Made by a program: the position numbers and the translations under genes. A DNA stretch of 63,859 nucleotides, filler included. It is 11 parts of 11 records of this genome, joined end to end, with 100 filler letters (N's around TTAATTAATTAA, not from the genome) between each part and the next. Parts side by side here need not be neighbours in the genome. Positions count along the whole stretch, not along the records: positions 48,056 to 52,312 come from SRR7504441_2086; positions 52,413 to 55,841 come from SRR7504441_2092; positions 55,942 to 63,859 come from SRR7504441_2096; 8 more parts are not named here. The stretch is one strand, 5' to 3'. Shown in pieces: positions 48,137-58,900 of the stretch; position 1 is the first letter of the stretch, and every line of letters begins with the position of its first letter. Below the pieces are notes generated by a model. That model was not told where the DNA came from. It ran no database searches and saw only the letters and a list, made by a program, of their open reading frames with translations.

Positions 48137-49366
48137 TCATGCCGTGATGGTCACATCACTGCAACTCTGCCAGATCTGGTTGCTCTCTTCGCAGTCCCAC
48201 CTCCAGCCCAACACGTACTCGCCCGGCTTCAGCCCTTTAGGGATCAAAACCTGGTCCACGATCTCAAAGTCTGGCGCTGCACTCGATCCGTCTGTCATGC
48301 CCGTGCACCGGTACGGTGCCTTGTCAGCGCACTTGGGCTGTTGCGCGGCCCCGTGGTCGTTTCGAGGGACCGGGTTCAGGCTCCACTTGGACCCTGGTGG
48401 CACCGTGCCTTCACTCACGTACGTCGCGTTGTAAAAGAGCTCCTTGCCACCATGTGCCGGCCCGCCCGCCCATCGGAATCCTTGCTGCCCCACAAACTCG
48501 AGTGGAGTCTTGTTGAACTCTTCCTCGGTCAGAGGCCCATCTGCGGGAGCCAGCCTGTAAAGGTAGCCCCCAGCGTGGTTGGCTTCGATAGTCCAGGTAA
48601 CCTCGACCACGGAGCCGGCCCGCCATGCGGTGCCGGATGGTGCCTTTGGGAGCACCTTGGACCCGAGGTCGCCCAGCTTGGCGTGGCTGGTGTTGACGTA
48701 GATGCCGCCGAATGTACCCTCGGGGGGATGGTGCCCTCCGGCCATCCCGCAGCTGTCTGCACCAGCCGAGTGAGCACAGCCAACAGGCGGGGCGCACCGA
48801 ACACTGGGGCGGCTCCTGGGGCGCGCCAGGGCGAGTAGTAGTACCAATCGTCCTCACCGCCGCAGATGGTGTCGATGTTGATCGTTCTGTGCTCACGCTT
48901 GCAGATGGTGGGCTTGGCGGTCGACTTTTGCGGGCCTTTGCAAGCCACGCCGGGCCCGACCTTGTTCTGGCCGGTGCCGGTGGCGTTCTTCTGCGGCTTG
49001 CACGGCTTGGAGGGCTCGTACCCGCAGCGCGGGATCGGGCCCCGCGAGGCGCCGTCGCATGTGTCGCACCCGACGGCACAACCGTTGGAGAACCAAAAGC
49101 AGGCTGCACAAGTGGCTTAGCAGCCAGCCGAGCCGTGCACTACCTTGGCCGTTGGTGCCCGAGACGTTGCCGTCCTGCCCCGGGACCGGGCACCAGCCGG
49201 TTTCGGTCTCGACCGAGGGGCACTTCCCGGAGACGTGGCAGGGGACCGAGCCGTTCCAGGGCTTGAGGTCGCGGTCGATCGCTTGCCGGGGGCGGGGGTG
49301 GACCACGGCCCCGTGACCGTGCACGCAGCTCACCATGATTGCAGCCAGCAGGACGAGGAAGGCCAT
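48137..49366 (-). CDS. secreted His-brace LPMO-like (chitin-binding type-4 / AA15-like) protein, two introns
   Basis: Signal peptide MAFLVLLAAIMVSCVHG leaves N-terminal His (HGAVVHPRPR); second His in WTIEANHAGGYLYRL; C-terminal GEYVLGWRWDCEESNQIWQSCSDV. Confidence 0.8.
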
Positions 49367-49403
49367 GCTTGACAGATGCTTCACTGCAGTCCGTGGATCT
49401 TCT

Positions 49404-49565
49404 GAGCTGTGTGACGGACATGGAGCAGTCACTCATGATCATGTGGTGAGCCCGACCCCGCGCAATGATGTTGAAAGACCTTGCGCCGTTGCGCCTTGGA
49501 ATGGACCTGTCCCATGTCACGTGACCGGCAAATGCCCACCAGTCGAAACCGCTATTGGCTGGTAA
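49404..49565 (+). pseudogene. inverted, degraded copy of the LPMO first exon
   Basis: HGAVTH..PWNGPVPCHVTGKCPPVETAIGW* compared with LPMO HGAVVH..PWNGSVPCHVSGKCPSVETETGWC; a 1-nt deletion in the SCVHG codons and an in-frame stop. Confidence 0.75.
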
Positions 49566-49919
49566 CCCCCTAACCCGAGCGAACAAGGGTCCAACCATTG
49601 CGCCAGGCGTCCGGTTCTAAGGCGCCGGGCCCACAACTAGCCCACTGACAACCAATGTAAGTTCCACGTATGGTTCACAGAATTCGGCATACATTGGCAC
49701 CACCCACTTATCAATATCAATGGGTAGCATACACTCACATGCTTGAGTTCTACCGGTAGTTCTTATTGCCCTCCCTGCAAATGGACGGCCTGCATAATGT
49801 GCTACATGGTGCTAGCTTACATTGCCCCGGGCCTCAGCTGTACACAACAATAAATGAAATAATTTAAATGTTTAGTGTACATGTAATGTTATTACGATGT
49901 TGTGATTAGGGTTGATCAA

Positions 49920-50834
49920 CTACGGACTTGACCCCTCCAATTTCGGTAGATGCCCGGATTGGCTGCTAGGCTCCTCCTCGTAGCGAGGCGGCTCGGTGGC
50001 TTCGACCTCCGGAGGGTACTCATATTGCGACTGCATGGTTGTGCGATTGTAAAAGTACACCGTGCCGTTTGCATCATGACCAGCCTCCCAATCCCGTGGC
50101 AGCTGCGGCAGGTAGGCCTGCATTCCCACGTGTGTGATGGCCGGGCTCCCCGTCGGACTCCCCATAGTGGGTACATGGTGCCCCGGGTAAGCCTCCTGTA
50201 TGAACTCGTCTTGTCGATTGGCATAGCAGCACCATTTCTGGCGGTACGCAAGACCAAATAATGAGGCCACAATGCATCCCAGGCCACAAACCCCGGCAAC
50301 GATTATCGACCACTGGACGGTCATCCCCCACCAGTGCTTGACTGCGCCAACATCCCCGCAGTTGTTCCCCACGTTGTCGCCGCTAGTGCAGCACACATAC
50401 TCGTAGTAATGTCTATAGGTGCCCCCGGTCTCGCGCGCCTCGCCGGTGGAGCATGTACACTCCTCCAGGTCCGCCCCGGCCCAGCAATCGGTGCCCCCCA
50501 TCCCGTCTGGGCTCGTGCACCAGCCGGGCCAACACCCCTCGTACCCCGGCTTGGCGCAGGAGTCGCCGGTGTCGTCACGTTCCTTGAGCCCGGTGCAGCA
50601 GGTGTACTCATAGCATTCGCCGTCGAAGTTGACGATCCTTGCTGTGCTGTTTGTGCCCTCGGCGCACGAGCACGGCTCGCCCCCACAAGACTTGCAGCTG
50701 GTTGTATTGCTACACCATGCCTCCGAGCAGCAGACCTCGTCCCTACCCTCTGTATACGCAGTAGACCCCACCGGGCACTCGGCCGCCGCCCGCAGGCCGA
50801 GCAAGAGCACGAATACCAGTTTCCCCCGCGCCAT
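49920..50834 (-). CDS. type I membrane protein: Cys-rich ectodomain, TM helix, cytoplasmic WW domain
   Basis: Signal MARGKLVFVLLLGLRAAA; two C.C..G.AR...YEY.CC repeats; TM WSIIVAGVCGLGCIVASLFGLAY; WW LPRDWEAGHDANGTVYFYNRTTMQSQYEYP. Confidence 0.75.
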   Translation of the reverse strand: MARGKLVFVLLLGLRAAAECPVGSTAYTEGRDEVCCSEAWCSNTTSCKSCGGEPCSCAEGTNSTARIVNFDGECYEYTCCTGLKERDDTGDSCAKPGYEGCWPGWCTSPDGMGGTDCWAGADLEECTCSTGEARETGGTYRHYYEYVCCTSGDNVGNNCGDVGAVKHWWGMTVQWSIIVAGVCGLGCIVASLFGLAYRQKWCCYANRQDEFIQEAYPGHHVPTMGSPTGSPAITHVGMQAYLPQLPRDWEAGHDANGTVYFYNRTTMQSQYEYPPEVEATEPPRYEEEPSSQSGHLPKLEGSSP

Positions 50835-51010
50835 AAAACCCTGTGCGCCCCTTGGCCGTCGCTCCAGGAGGTGTATCCAAGCCGCCGCCCCCTGAGAAGA
50901 TCTGCTGCAGCTGCGGGTCAATCTTGCAAGTGACGGAAGGAGAGTCAGTTGTTGGTGGCAGTTGGACATCGCTCATGATGGAACGAGCGGCATTCGACTG
51001 AGCAAGCGGC

Positions 51011-52312
51011 ATGAGCAAGGACGACGCGCTCCGGACGGCCGTGTTGAGCCTATCGCTAACCTCATGCGGGCTGCGGGTGGAGCGCGAGCGCCGGCGGTTG
51101 GAGCGCGAGGCCCAGCGGCTGGCGCTCGCCCGAAGCCAACTGGCCGCGAGCATGGAGGACGCCCGTCGGCTTCTGGGCGAGGGGGTTGAGCAGATGAGGG
51201 CGTGCCAAGCTCAGCTGGACGCCATGCGCGGCAGCCAATCCGCTGAAGGGGTGGGTGAAGTGATTTCGGCGGCTGCAGCGGCCCAGGACCGACTGACAAT
51301 CGCGATCGGCGATTTCCAGAAGGAAGTTCGCCAAATCCCGGCGGAGGAGCCGCCTGGGGTGGACGACTCGGCGGACAAGGGCCCGATGCTGGAGGTGGTC
51401 GCGGCTGCCGAGGCGGCCCATGAACGGCTGGCCAACGCCATCGAGGAGCACACCGGCTCGCCCGTTCAGATGCACAGCGCCAATGAAGTAGGCAGCATCA
51501 GCAGCGCGGCTCCTGGTCTGCGCTCGGCCGGTAGTTCTGGACGAGGGGGTGGCGGGCAGCCGGCGGTGGTCTCTTCTGAACCGAGGTCGGCGTCAACTGC
51601 ACAAGTGGACTGGTCGAATCAATCAGAGTGGCAACCGTCTTACAGCTCATCAACGCCCTCCGCGCACATGGGCTGGGAAGAAGTGCCCTGGGACGGCAAA
51701 CGCAGCCCGCCGCCCGCTCGGGGCGTCGGCGGGGTTTCAGCAGGTGGGATACACGCCCGGAGATCCAGCACTGGAGTGCCTTCAGACTGGTGTGTGTTTC
51801 GGTTCGGGGCAGAGTATGCGCCCACCAAGTGGATGAGTGGCGAGGAGGCGGCGGCGGCGCTGGCCGGGCTGTCACCTGCCGAGATGGCGGCTGCACTGGC
51901 TGCAATGTCGCCTGAGGAGAGGGCAGCGGCCCTCGCAGCGCTATCCCCAGAGGACCGGGCAGCGGCTCTGCTGGCAATGTCGCCCGAGCAAAGAGCAGCC
52001 GCGCTGGCTGCAATGTCCGTTGATGACAGGGCGGCGGCGCTTGCAGCGATGTCGCCTGAGGACGCAGCTGCAGCACTGCTAGCAATGTCGCTAGAGGATA
52101 GAGCAGCAACACTCTCTGCCATGTCCCCGTGGGATGCAGTGGCAGCGCTGGCAGCCATGCCTTTGAAAGATGCCGCAGCGGCACTGGCAGCCATGTCACC
52201 CGAGGCCAGAGCCGCGGTATTGGCAGCAATGTCCCCTGAAGAGAGAGCGGCCATTCTGGCAGCCATGTCGCCCGAAGCCAGAGCAGCAGCATTGGCAGCA
52301 ATGTCACCCGAA
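51011..52312 (+). CDS. coiled-coil protein with 12-aa MSPEERAAALAA repeats (MgtE-N/FlbB-like helical repeat), 3'-partial
   Basis: Continuous ORF to the contig edge; the repeat starts at 51833. Confidence 0.65.
51833..52312 (+). repeat. coding tandem repeat, 36-nt unit, at least 13 copies
   Basis: Degenerate ATGTCGCCTGAGGA..GCAGCGGCNCTGGCAGCA units running into the contig end. Confidence 0.9.
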
Positions 52313-52767
52313 NNNNNNNNNNNNNNNNNNNNNNNNNNNNNNNNNNNNNNNNNNNNTTAATTAATTAANNNNNNNNNNNNNNNNNNNNNNNNNNNNNNNN
52401 NNNNNNNNNNNNACCCCGGGGACGGCAGCTGGTGGGTCCAGCGAGACTCTGACGGCCTAGCCTTCAGCCCAGCGGCACCCTGGCAGCTGGAGGCAGACTG
52501 GCGAGAGCTGCTGGACGCCGGCAGCGACAGTGACGGGTTCGAATCAGTGCGTTGCTGCATAAAGCCGGCAAGTGTGCGGCTTGAGTATGCTTTCACGGCC
52601 ATCGAGATTGCATTAGCTGAGCATGAAATAGGGGCGGCAGCGCAAGCACAGAGCCTCGACTCGGCATCTAGAATAGGTACTGCTGGGCGATACCTGGATT
52701 TACCCATACACCGGTTTTTATAAGATTAATGCCACGCCATGGCATGAATTACAGATCTAGATAAATA

Positions 52768-54438
52768 TTACAGGTCGAGCCGCCGAGTGCCGATCGCGCC
52801 TGGCATGAACTCGGTGCCCGGCATCGCGAAATAGATCCGGGCAGTCAGGTAGAGCGCAAACACAAAGCCGCAGTACAGACCGAGCATCCCGGGCGAGCTC
52901 CAGAACGAGCTCTCGTCCGGCCCAAATTCGTCGGCTTTGAACACCGAAACCCGCAACTCACCGGCCTGCTGCACCTCAAAGGTGACCGGCACCTGCCGCA
53001 GCTCGCCGGCCGGCTGCTCCAGCCGCGGGAGCCCGAAGTCAAACTCGGCCACGTGCATGTTGTCGCGGGCGGTCGGGCGGTCGCCCTCAAACACCTGGAG
53101 CAGGAGCCGCTCCTGGGCAGCGTGCACAGTGAACGTCTTGGTCGCCTTGCACGGGACTCTGCTGTTCTTGTCGAGCACCGGCTCGAAGCTGCCGTCGGCC
53201 TGTTCGAGCCCGACGCTCCACGGGAGTACGTCCAGCATCATCACGCCCTTGAGCACTCCCTCCGACACGCCTGTCAGGATAGCGCCCTGCACCGCGCACC
53301 CCTCCGCGACAGCCTCATCCGCGTTCACAGACGTGCACAGCTCGAGGCTGGACCCCGACGCGGCGAACATCGCCTGGAGCGCCGCCCGCACCGCCGGCAC
53401 CCGCGTGCCTCCGCCAACCAGCACGCATTCGTCCACTTCACCCAGCCCCAGCTCAGCCTCTGCAAGCGTCTGCTCTACTGCAGCCACACACCGCCCGACC
53501 AGCCCGGCCACCGCCGCCTCAAACTGGCCTCGGGTCACAGTGTGCGCCGCGCCGTCCACCGTCAGCTCAGCCTCGAGCCTGTCTGAGAGCTCTATTTTGG
53601 CCTGACAGCACGCCCTCCGCAGCGCGGCCCACGGCTCGCCGCCCTCCGCCAGCTCGCTGCCGGTGGCCTCCAGCACCGCCTCTAGCAGCGCCGAGTCAAA
53701 GTCCTCCCCGCCGAGCGTGGCGCACCCGCCAGTGGCCAGCACCTCAAACCGGCCCTCATCCACGTGCATCGCTGTCACATCGAGCGTGCCGCCGCCGAGG
53801 TCAACAACCACAACCGACTTCTCGCCCGCCACAAAAAGCCCGTACGCCATCGCCGCCGCGGTCGACTCGCTCAGCACTTGGACGTGCGAGAACCCGGCAT
53901 CCAGCGCCGCCTGCCGAGTGAGCCGCCGCTGGCTTTGGCCGAAGTGGGCCGGCACCCCGACCACCGCTGCCGGCAGCTGCTGCCCGGGCGGGAGCATCCC
54001 ATGCCCCACCGCGTACTCGCTCGCCACCGTCCTAAACTCGGCCAGGATCTGCGTGGCCACCGCCACCGGCCCCACCGGCCCGCCAGGTTCGGCCGCGATC
54101 AGCACCCTGCCCTCCGAGTCCGGCGCCATACCGAACGGAAGATTCGGGGCGAGCGCCCGGACCTCCGGCGAGTCGAACCGGCGCCCGATCACTCGCTTGG
54201 AGCAGGCCACCGCGCTGCCCGGCCGCGCAAGTCCGGCGTCGACTGCGGGCTGGCCGACTAGGCGCGGGCTGAGGCTCACCACCGAGGGGGTGGTCCGCTC
54301 CGGGTTGCGAAGGATCTTGACTCGGTTCTTGGGCGGCAGCCAGAGCCCGGCGCACGAGTTGGTGGTCCCCAGGTCGATCCCGACGCATGGGCCCGGCCAA
54401 GGCGCCTCCGACGAGCCCGCCCACACACCTTCGGGCAT
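52768..54438 (-). CDS. atypical Hsp70 with a C-terminal transmembrane helix
   Basis: VGIDLGTTNSC, RTTPSVV, AVVGVPAHF, VVDLGGGTLDV, LGGEDFD, VLVGGGTRVP and VFEGDR. Ends MLGLYCGFVFALYLTARIYFAM with no lid or EEVD/HDEL. Confidence 0.9.
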   Translation of the reverse strand: MPEGVWAGSSEAPWPGPCVGIDLGTTNSCAGLWLPPKNRVKILRNPERTTPSVVSLSPRLVGQPAVDAGLARPGSAVACSKRVIGRRFDSPEVRALAPNLPFGMAPDSEGRVLIAAEPGGPVGPVAVATQILAEFRTVASEYAVGHGMLPPGQQLPAAVVGVPAHFGQSQRRLTRQAALDAGFSHVQVLSESTAAAMAYGLFVAGEKSVVVVDLGGGTLDVTAMHVDEGRFEVLATGGCATLGGEDFDSALLEAVLEATGSELAEGGEPWAALRRACCQAKIELSDRLEAELTVDGAAHTVTRGQFEAAVAGLVGRCVAAVEQTLAEAELGLGEVDECVLVGGGTRVPAVRAALQAMFAASGSSLELCTSVNADEAVAEGCAVQGAILTGVSEGVLKGVMMLDVLPWSVGLEQADGSFEPVLDKNSRVPCKATKTFTVHAAQERLLLQVFEGDRPTARDNMHVAEFDFGLPRLEQPAGELRQVPVTFEVQQAGELRVSVFKADEFGPDESSFWSSPGMLGLYCGFVFALYLTARIYFAMPGTEFMPGAIGTRRLDL

Positions 54439-54535
54439 TTTTCCGTTACAAAGCAACGGACGATTTGAGCTCGCTTCCTTCTTGAATCTGAAGACTCGGC
54501 ATGGCAAGCTGAGCTGTGGAGTGTAGTGTGTGGGT

Positions 54536-55147
54536 ATGAAGGACGACAAGTGGCAGGCCTTGCTCGAGGCGGGGGAGTGCGTCCCCTGCTTGCAGCTGCC
54601 CGACCTGCCCAAGCCGGACCCGCAGAAGCAGTGCGAACGGATCAGCGGCGGCTTTGTTGTGGCCGCCATCATCGGGGCCTGCCTGGCCGTCACGTTCGCG
54701 GTCACTCTGAAGGAGAGCAACTCCAAGGCGGCCGATGCCGTCTGCTTGGTGTGCGTGTTCATCGCGGTGGCGGCCGCACTTCTCGGCTGGGTGATGCTGC
54801 TGCTCCGGGACCCAGGGGAGGTCAGGCGGTCGGCCGAGAGCTGCAGCCCGCAGCCGCCCGCGGTAGTCGACAGGTGGAACAAGGGCCAGTCGGTCGCGGG
54901 GATGAAGAACATAATAGATGTAGATCGGGACCAGTCGTTCTGCACACGGTGCTTCGTGTGGCGGCCCCGGGGTACGCATCACTGTAGGATCTGCCAGCGG
55001 TGCTACGCCGGGTATGACCACCACTGCGGGGTGCTAGGGGTGTGTATCGCGGCCAAGAACATACACTGGTTTCGCACGGTGGTCTGGTCTGCCGCGGCTG
55101 GATTCGTTGTGACTTTTGTATTCTTGATAGTAGCCTATTCTACTTGA
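54536..55147 (+). CDS. DHHC palmitoyltransferase (compact)
   Basis: RDPG, FCTRCFVWRPRGTHHCRICQRCYAGYDHHCGVLGVCIAAKNIHWF; three TM helices. Confidence 0.92.
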   Translation: MKDDKWQALLEAGECVPCLQLPDLPKPDPQKQCERISGGFVVAAIIGACLAVTFAVTLKESNSKAADAVCLVCVFIAVAAALLGWVMLLLRDPGEVRRSAESCSPQPPAVVDRWNKGQSVAGMKNIIDVDRDQSFCTRCFVWRPRGTHHCRICQRCYAGYDHHCGVLGVCIAAKNIHWFRTVVWSAAAGFVVTFVFLIVAYST

Positions 55148-55363
55148 TAGGTTGTGTGGGCTGCGGTCCAACTTACTTCCAACTTCTTTGGACTAGATCT
55201 TTGGACATGAGTCGTGAACATAACATTACATGTGCGTGACAATATGCACCCTTTCTAATTGCTTATCTTTGAACTTCACTATGCGGATCCGAATCGCGTC
55301 GGCGCAATATCAAAATTATAATTATTGTCATTGAATCGTGATCATGGAATGACTAGTGATCAG

Positions 55364-55841
55364 TCACTGCCAATCACCTTGGGAAAAATGAACGCTGCCT
55401 CGTTGTGGTGGCTGTTGCAATTGTCCATTCATCGCCGCTGTTCGCGTCCCGATCTGCAGCAAGTAGAGCTCGAGTTGCCCAGCTCCAAAGTGGCATGCTC
55501 GCCTATGTCGGAATCCCTCTTCTCTCAGCAGCCCCTGACCCCAAAGCTCAGTCTCCCTTAAGGCCCCGAGCGACCTGCCAACGGTTTGTGAAGAACTGAT
55601 CATCCATCGAGCCGGTCGCCTGCAACAGCTGACCCATTTGAGCCTGTTGCTCCCTGTCGAGCCGCTCCCAGCTGCCGAACATCCTGTCAAGCTCGCTCGG
55701 GTTGGGTAGCCTCCGCTGTGGTTTCACATGCTCCATGTGCATGCTGACAGGCTGAGGGGCGGTGTATGGCCGAGCCGTAGCTGGCCGCGGTTTGCGCTGG
55801 GGACTCGCAGGCTTGTTGGGCTCGACGACACGTAACTGCCC
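55364..55841 (-). CDS. hypothetical protein 3' end (partial)
   Basis: Open frame from the contig edge (RPATARPYTAP...) with one probable micro-intron near 55540-55575. Confidence 0.3.
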
Positions 55842-55941
55842 NNNNNNNNNNNNNNNNNNNNNNNNNNNNNNNNNNNNNNNNNNNNTTAATTAATTAANNN
55901 NNNNNNNNNNNNNNNNNNNNNNNNNNNNNNNNNNNNNNNNN

Positions 55942-58900
55942 ATGGAGAATGGCGTGGACTCTCTAGCAGCCACTGAGCTGCGTAACTTGCTGCAGCATGA
56001 AGTTGGGACGTCTGCTAAAGTAACAAGCACCATCGTATTTGACTATCCAACCGCTGCTGCGATTGCCCAGCTGCTCATGACACAACTTGATATACGCACA
56101 TCCTCAGCATCGTGCCAGCAGCCTGTTGCACTCACACACTCTGAGAATGCGTCGACCGCACGTCCTGCATCTCCTCTGGTCATAACTGGAGTCGAGTGCG
56201 TAACACCTGGTGGAGCTCATGATTCTGTATGGGAAGGTCTTTGCTTGGCGCACAACAGTGTGACCAGTATTCCATTCCAGCGTTTTGATGTACAGGCAGC
56301 CCCGGGGCTCATCTATGTGCACCATGGCCACTTTGTTGCTGGTGCAGAGATATTCGAACCAGTGCTTTTTGGGATGAGCATAGCTGAGGTGCGCGCCACA
56401 GACCCAAGTCATCGCTTATTGTTGAAGGCTGTGCTACCGGTCTTTGAACAGTCTGGCCACAGGAAAACCTCGCTTCTGAACAGCAGCACTGCAATGCTTC
56501 TCGGAATCTGCAACACAGCTGACTGGGGGCGCCTGTGCAGTGAGATTGGAACCGACACTGGAGTGTACGGAGCTCACGGATCGGATGGGGGTGCTGCTGC
56601 TGGTCGGGTGTCTTACCTCTTCGGGTTGAAGGGCCCGTGCTTCAGTGTCAACACTGCGTGCTCGTCGTCGCTGGTTGCCCTTGATGCAGCATACATGAAC
56701 ATGCATCTACGCACCTGTAAGCAGGTGGTGGTAGCTGGTGTGCACTTGCAGCTTCACTCTTCAAGCTTTGCTGCGTTCTGTGCGCTGCATGCACTATCTC
56801 CCGACGGGCAGTGCAGAACCTTTGACGCACGCGCTGACGGATATGGACGGTCCGAAGCTTGTGGCGCAGTGCTGCTGGAGGAGCGTCCAGAGATGTCCAG
56901 ACCTGAGCTCCGAGGGACCGCCACCAATCAAGATGGTCGCAGTGCCAGCTTTATGGCGCCGAACGGGCCGTCACAAGAGCAGGTAGTGCTGGCTGCGATG
57001 GGCCAACAGATTCGTTTAAGTGGTATAGAGGCCCATGGCACTGGGACAGCGCTTGGAGATCCGATTGAGGTCGGGGCTCTTGGCCGAGTGCTGAGCAGGG
57101 TAGTGGAGCCACAGCAACCGGTGGTGCTCGGAGCATACAAGTCTCAGATTGCACACTCGGAGGGCGCTGCAGGGGTTGCTGGCCTGGCCAAGGTGTTGAT
57201 GGCGTTACAGCGTCAGTGCATCCCACCAAATCTACACCTGAGGGAGGCCAACCCTAAGCTCGAGCTTGAAGGGGTTGCCCTGGTGATTGGCTCAGAGTGT
57301 GGTGAGATCTGTGAGGACAGCACAGGCCTGCTCCAAATAGGAGTAAGTTCGTTTGGGTACTCTGGGACCAACAGCCACGCAGTGCTGGCTGTGGTGCATG
57401 GTGGTGGTACTGTTGATGTCGATGAAAGGCTGTCAGTGCGGTATCAGCACACAGCCTTTGACTGGAAGCAGGACAGCAAAACAGGCATGAATGTAGCCTC
57501 CGTGGCAAATCCAACAGGAGTTGGATTCAGACGCTCTGTTGCTGGATTGGATTACATCTATCGCGTCACCTGGTCTACGCTCAATGCTCCCCAGAGTCAC
57601 CTGTTCTCTGAAGGAGCTCTCGTTCTAGCTTGGCCTTCTGCTGGCATAGAGGGTATAACTCATCAGGGATGGCATAGAGGACGGCCCCTTCACTACAAGC
57701 AGGTTGTCTGCAGCGAGAAGGTGCCAATCGCCTGCTTGATGCAACTGGCACAGAGTGTTCCCAATCAGATCAATCTCTTTCTGATAACCAGCAGTGAGCT
57801 TGGACCGCAGTCTGATTCGTGGATGGGCAGGGGTGTTGCTGGGCTTGCACGTTCCATCCGGCTCGAGCGGCCGGGGCTCAGCTGTTCTCAGATCGATTCC
57901 GGCCGAGGAATTTCCAGTGAAAGTTTGGGCGTTTATCCTGTTGAGCAAGAGGTGGTGTTGCGTCAAGCCCAGCAGCTGGCACCAAGGTTGCACGTGGTGG
58001 TGGGTGGTAATGGACTGGATGCTCCAATTGCATTCGATCTGCAGAGCTCGTGTATGATCAGCGGTGGACAGGGTGCTTTAGGGCTCCTGGTTGCGAATTG
58101 GTTAGCCAACCATGGTGTTGGTAAGCTCCTTTTGCTCTCGCGGAGTAGTCAAAGAGGACAGGGTGAGAGTTGGAACTTGCTGCAGGCAACCAGTGCTAGC
58201 ATCAGTGCAGTTGCGGCTGATGTTTCGATCGCTTCGACCTGGTTCTCAACACGAGGCGTGATTCATGCTGCTGGGGTGGATTTGTATGCAGAGTTGCAGG
58301 AGCTTAAGCGGGCCCAACTGCAGCGTGTGGTCGCACCCAAGCTCTATGGAGGTCGAAATCTGCACAGTTACTTAGTCAGCACTCCGATTGATCACTTCAT
58401 GGTATTCTCTTCAGCATCTGCTCTAGTTGGGCTAAAAAGGGGCACTTGCTACGCTGCAGCTAACAGTTGCCTCGACGAGTTGGCGCAAGCCCGGCGGGCA
58501 GCGGGTCTTGCAGCACAGAGTGTCCAGTGGGGTGCCTGGACGGACATTGGGATGGCAGCTGGGATCGATGCAACTGCTTATGTTGCTGGAGGAATCACCA
58601 ACTGCATTGGGCTTAACGCCCTCAAAGGTACCATCTCCAGCTGGATGTTTTGCACGGCTTTTATTGCAAAGATGGCCTGGCGCCAATTCCTACAGCTGTA
58701 CTCCGTTGTTCCTCCAATGCTGGCTGGATTCTATCGGGTTGAGCCAGCGAGGGTTGTGCAGCAGCGCGACAGCACTATCTGTAGATCCCTGGACGCGATG
58801 TCAGCGGATGATCGCACTACCAAGCTGCAGATGCTGGTGCAGGAGTGCGTGTTTGATGTAGCGCAACTTCAAATGCACCTTGACGAGCCACTGATGGAGG

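Noticed and set aside
7461-55941. Ten identical TTAATTAATTAA motifs flanked by N-runs, superficially a dispersed repeat
   Set aside because: Artificial contig linkers with stops in six frames; not biological.
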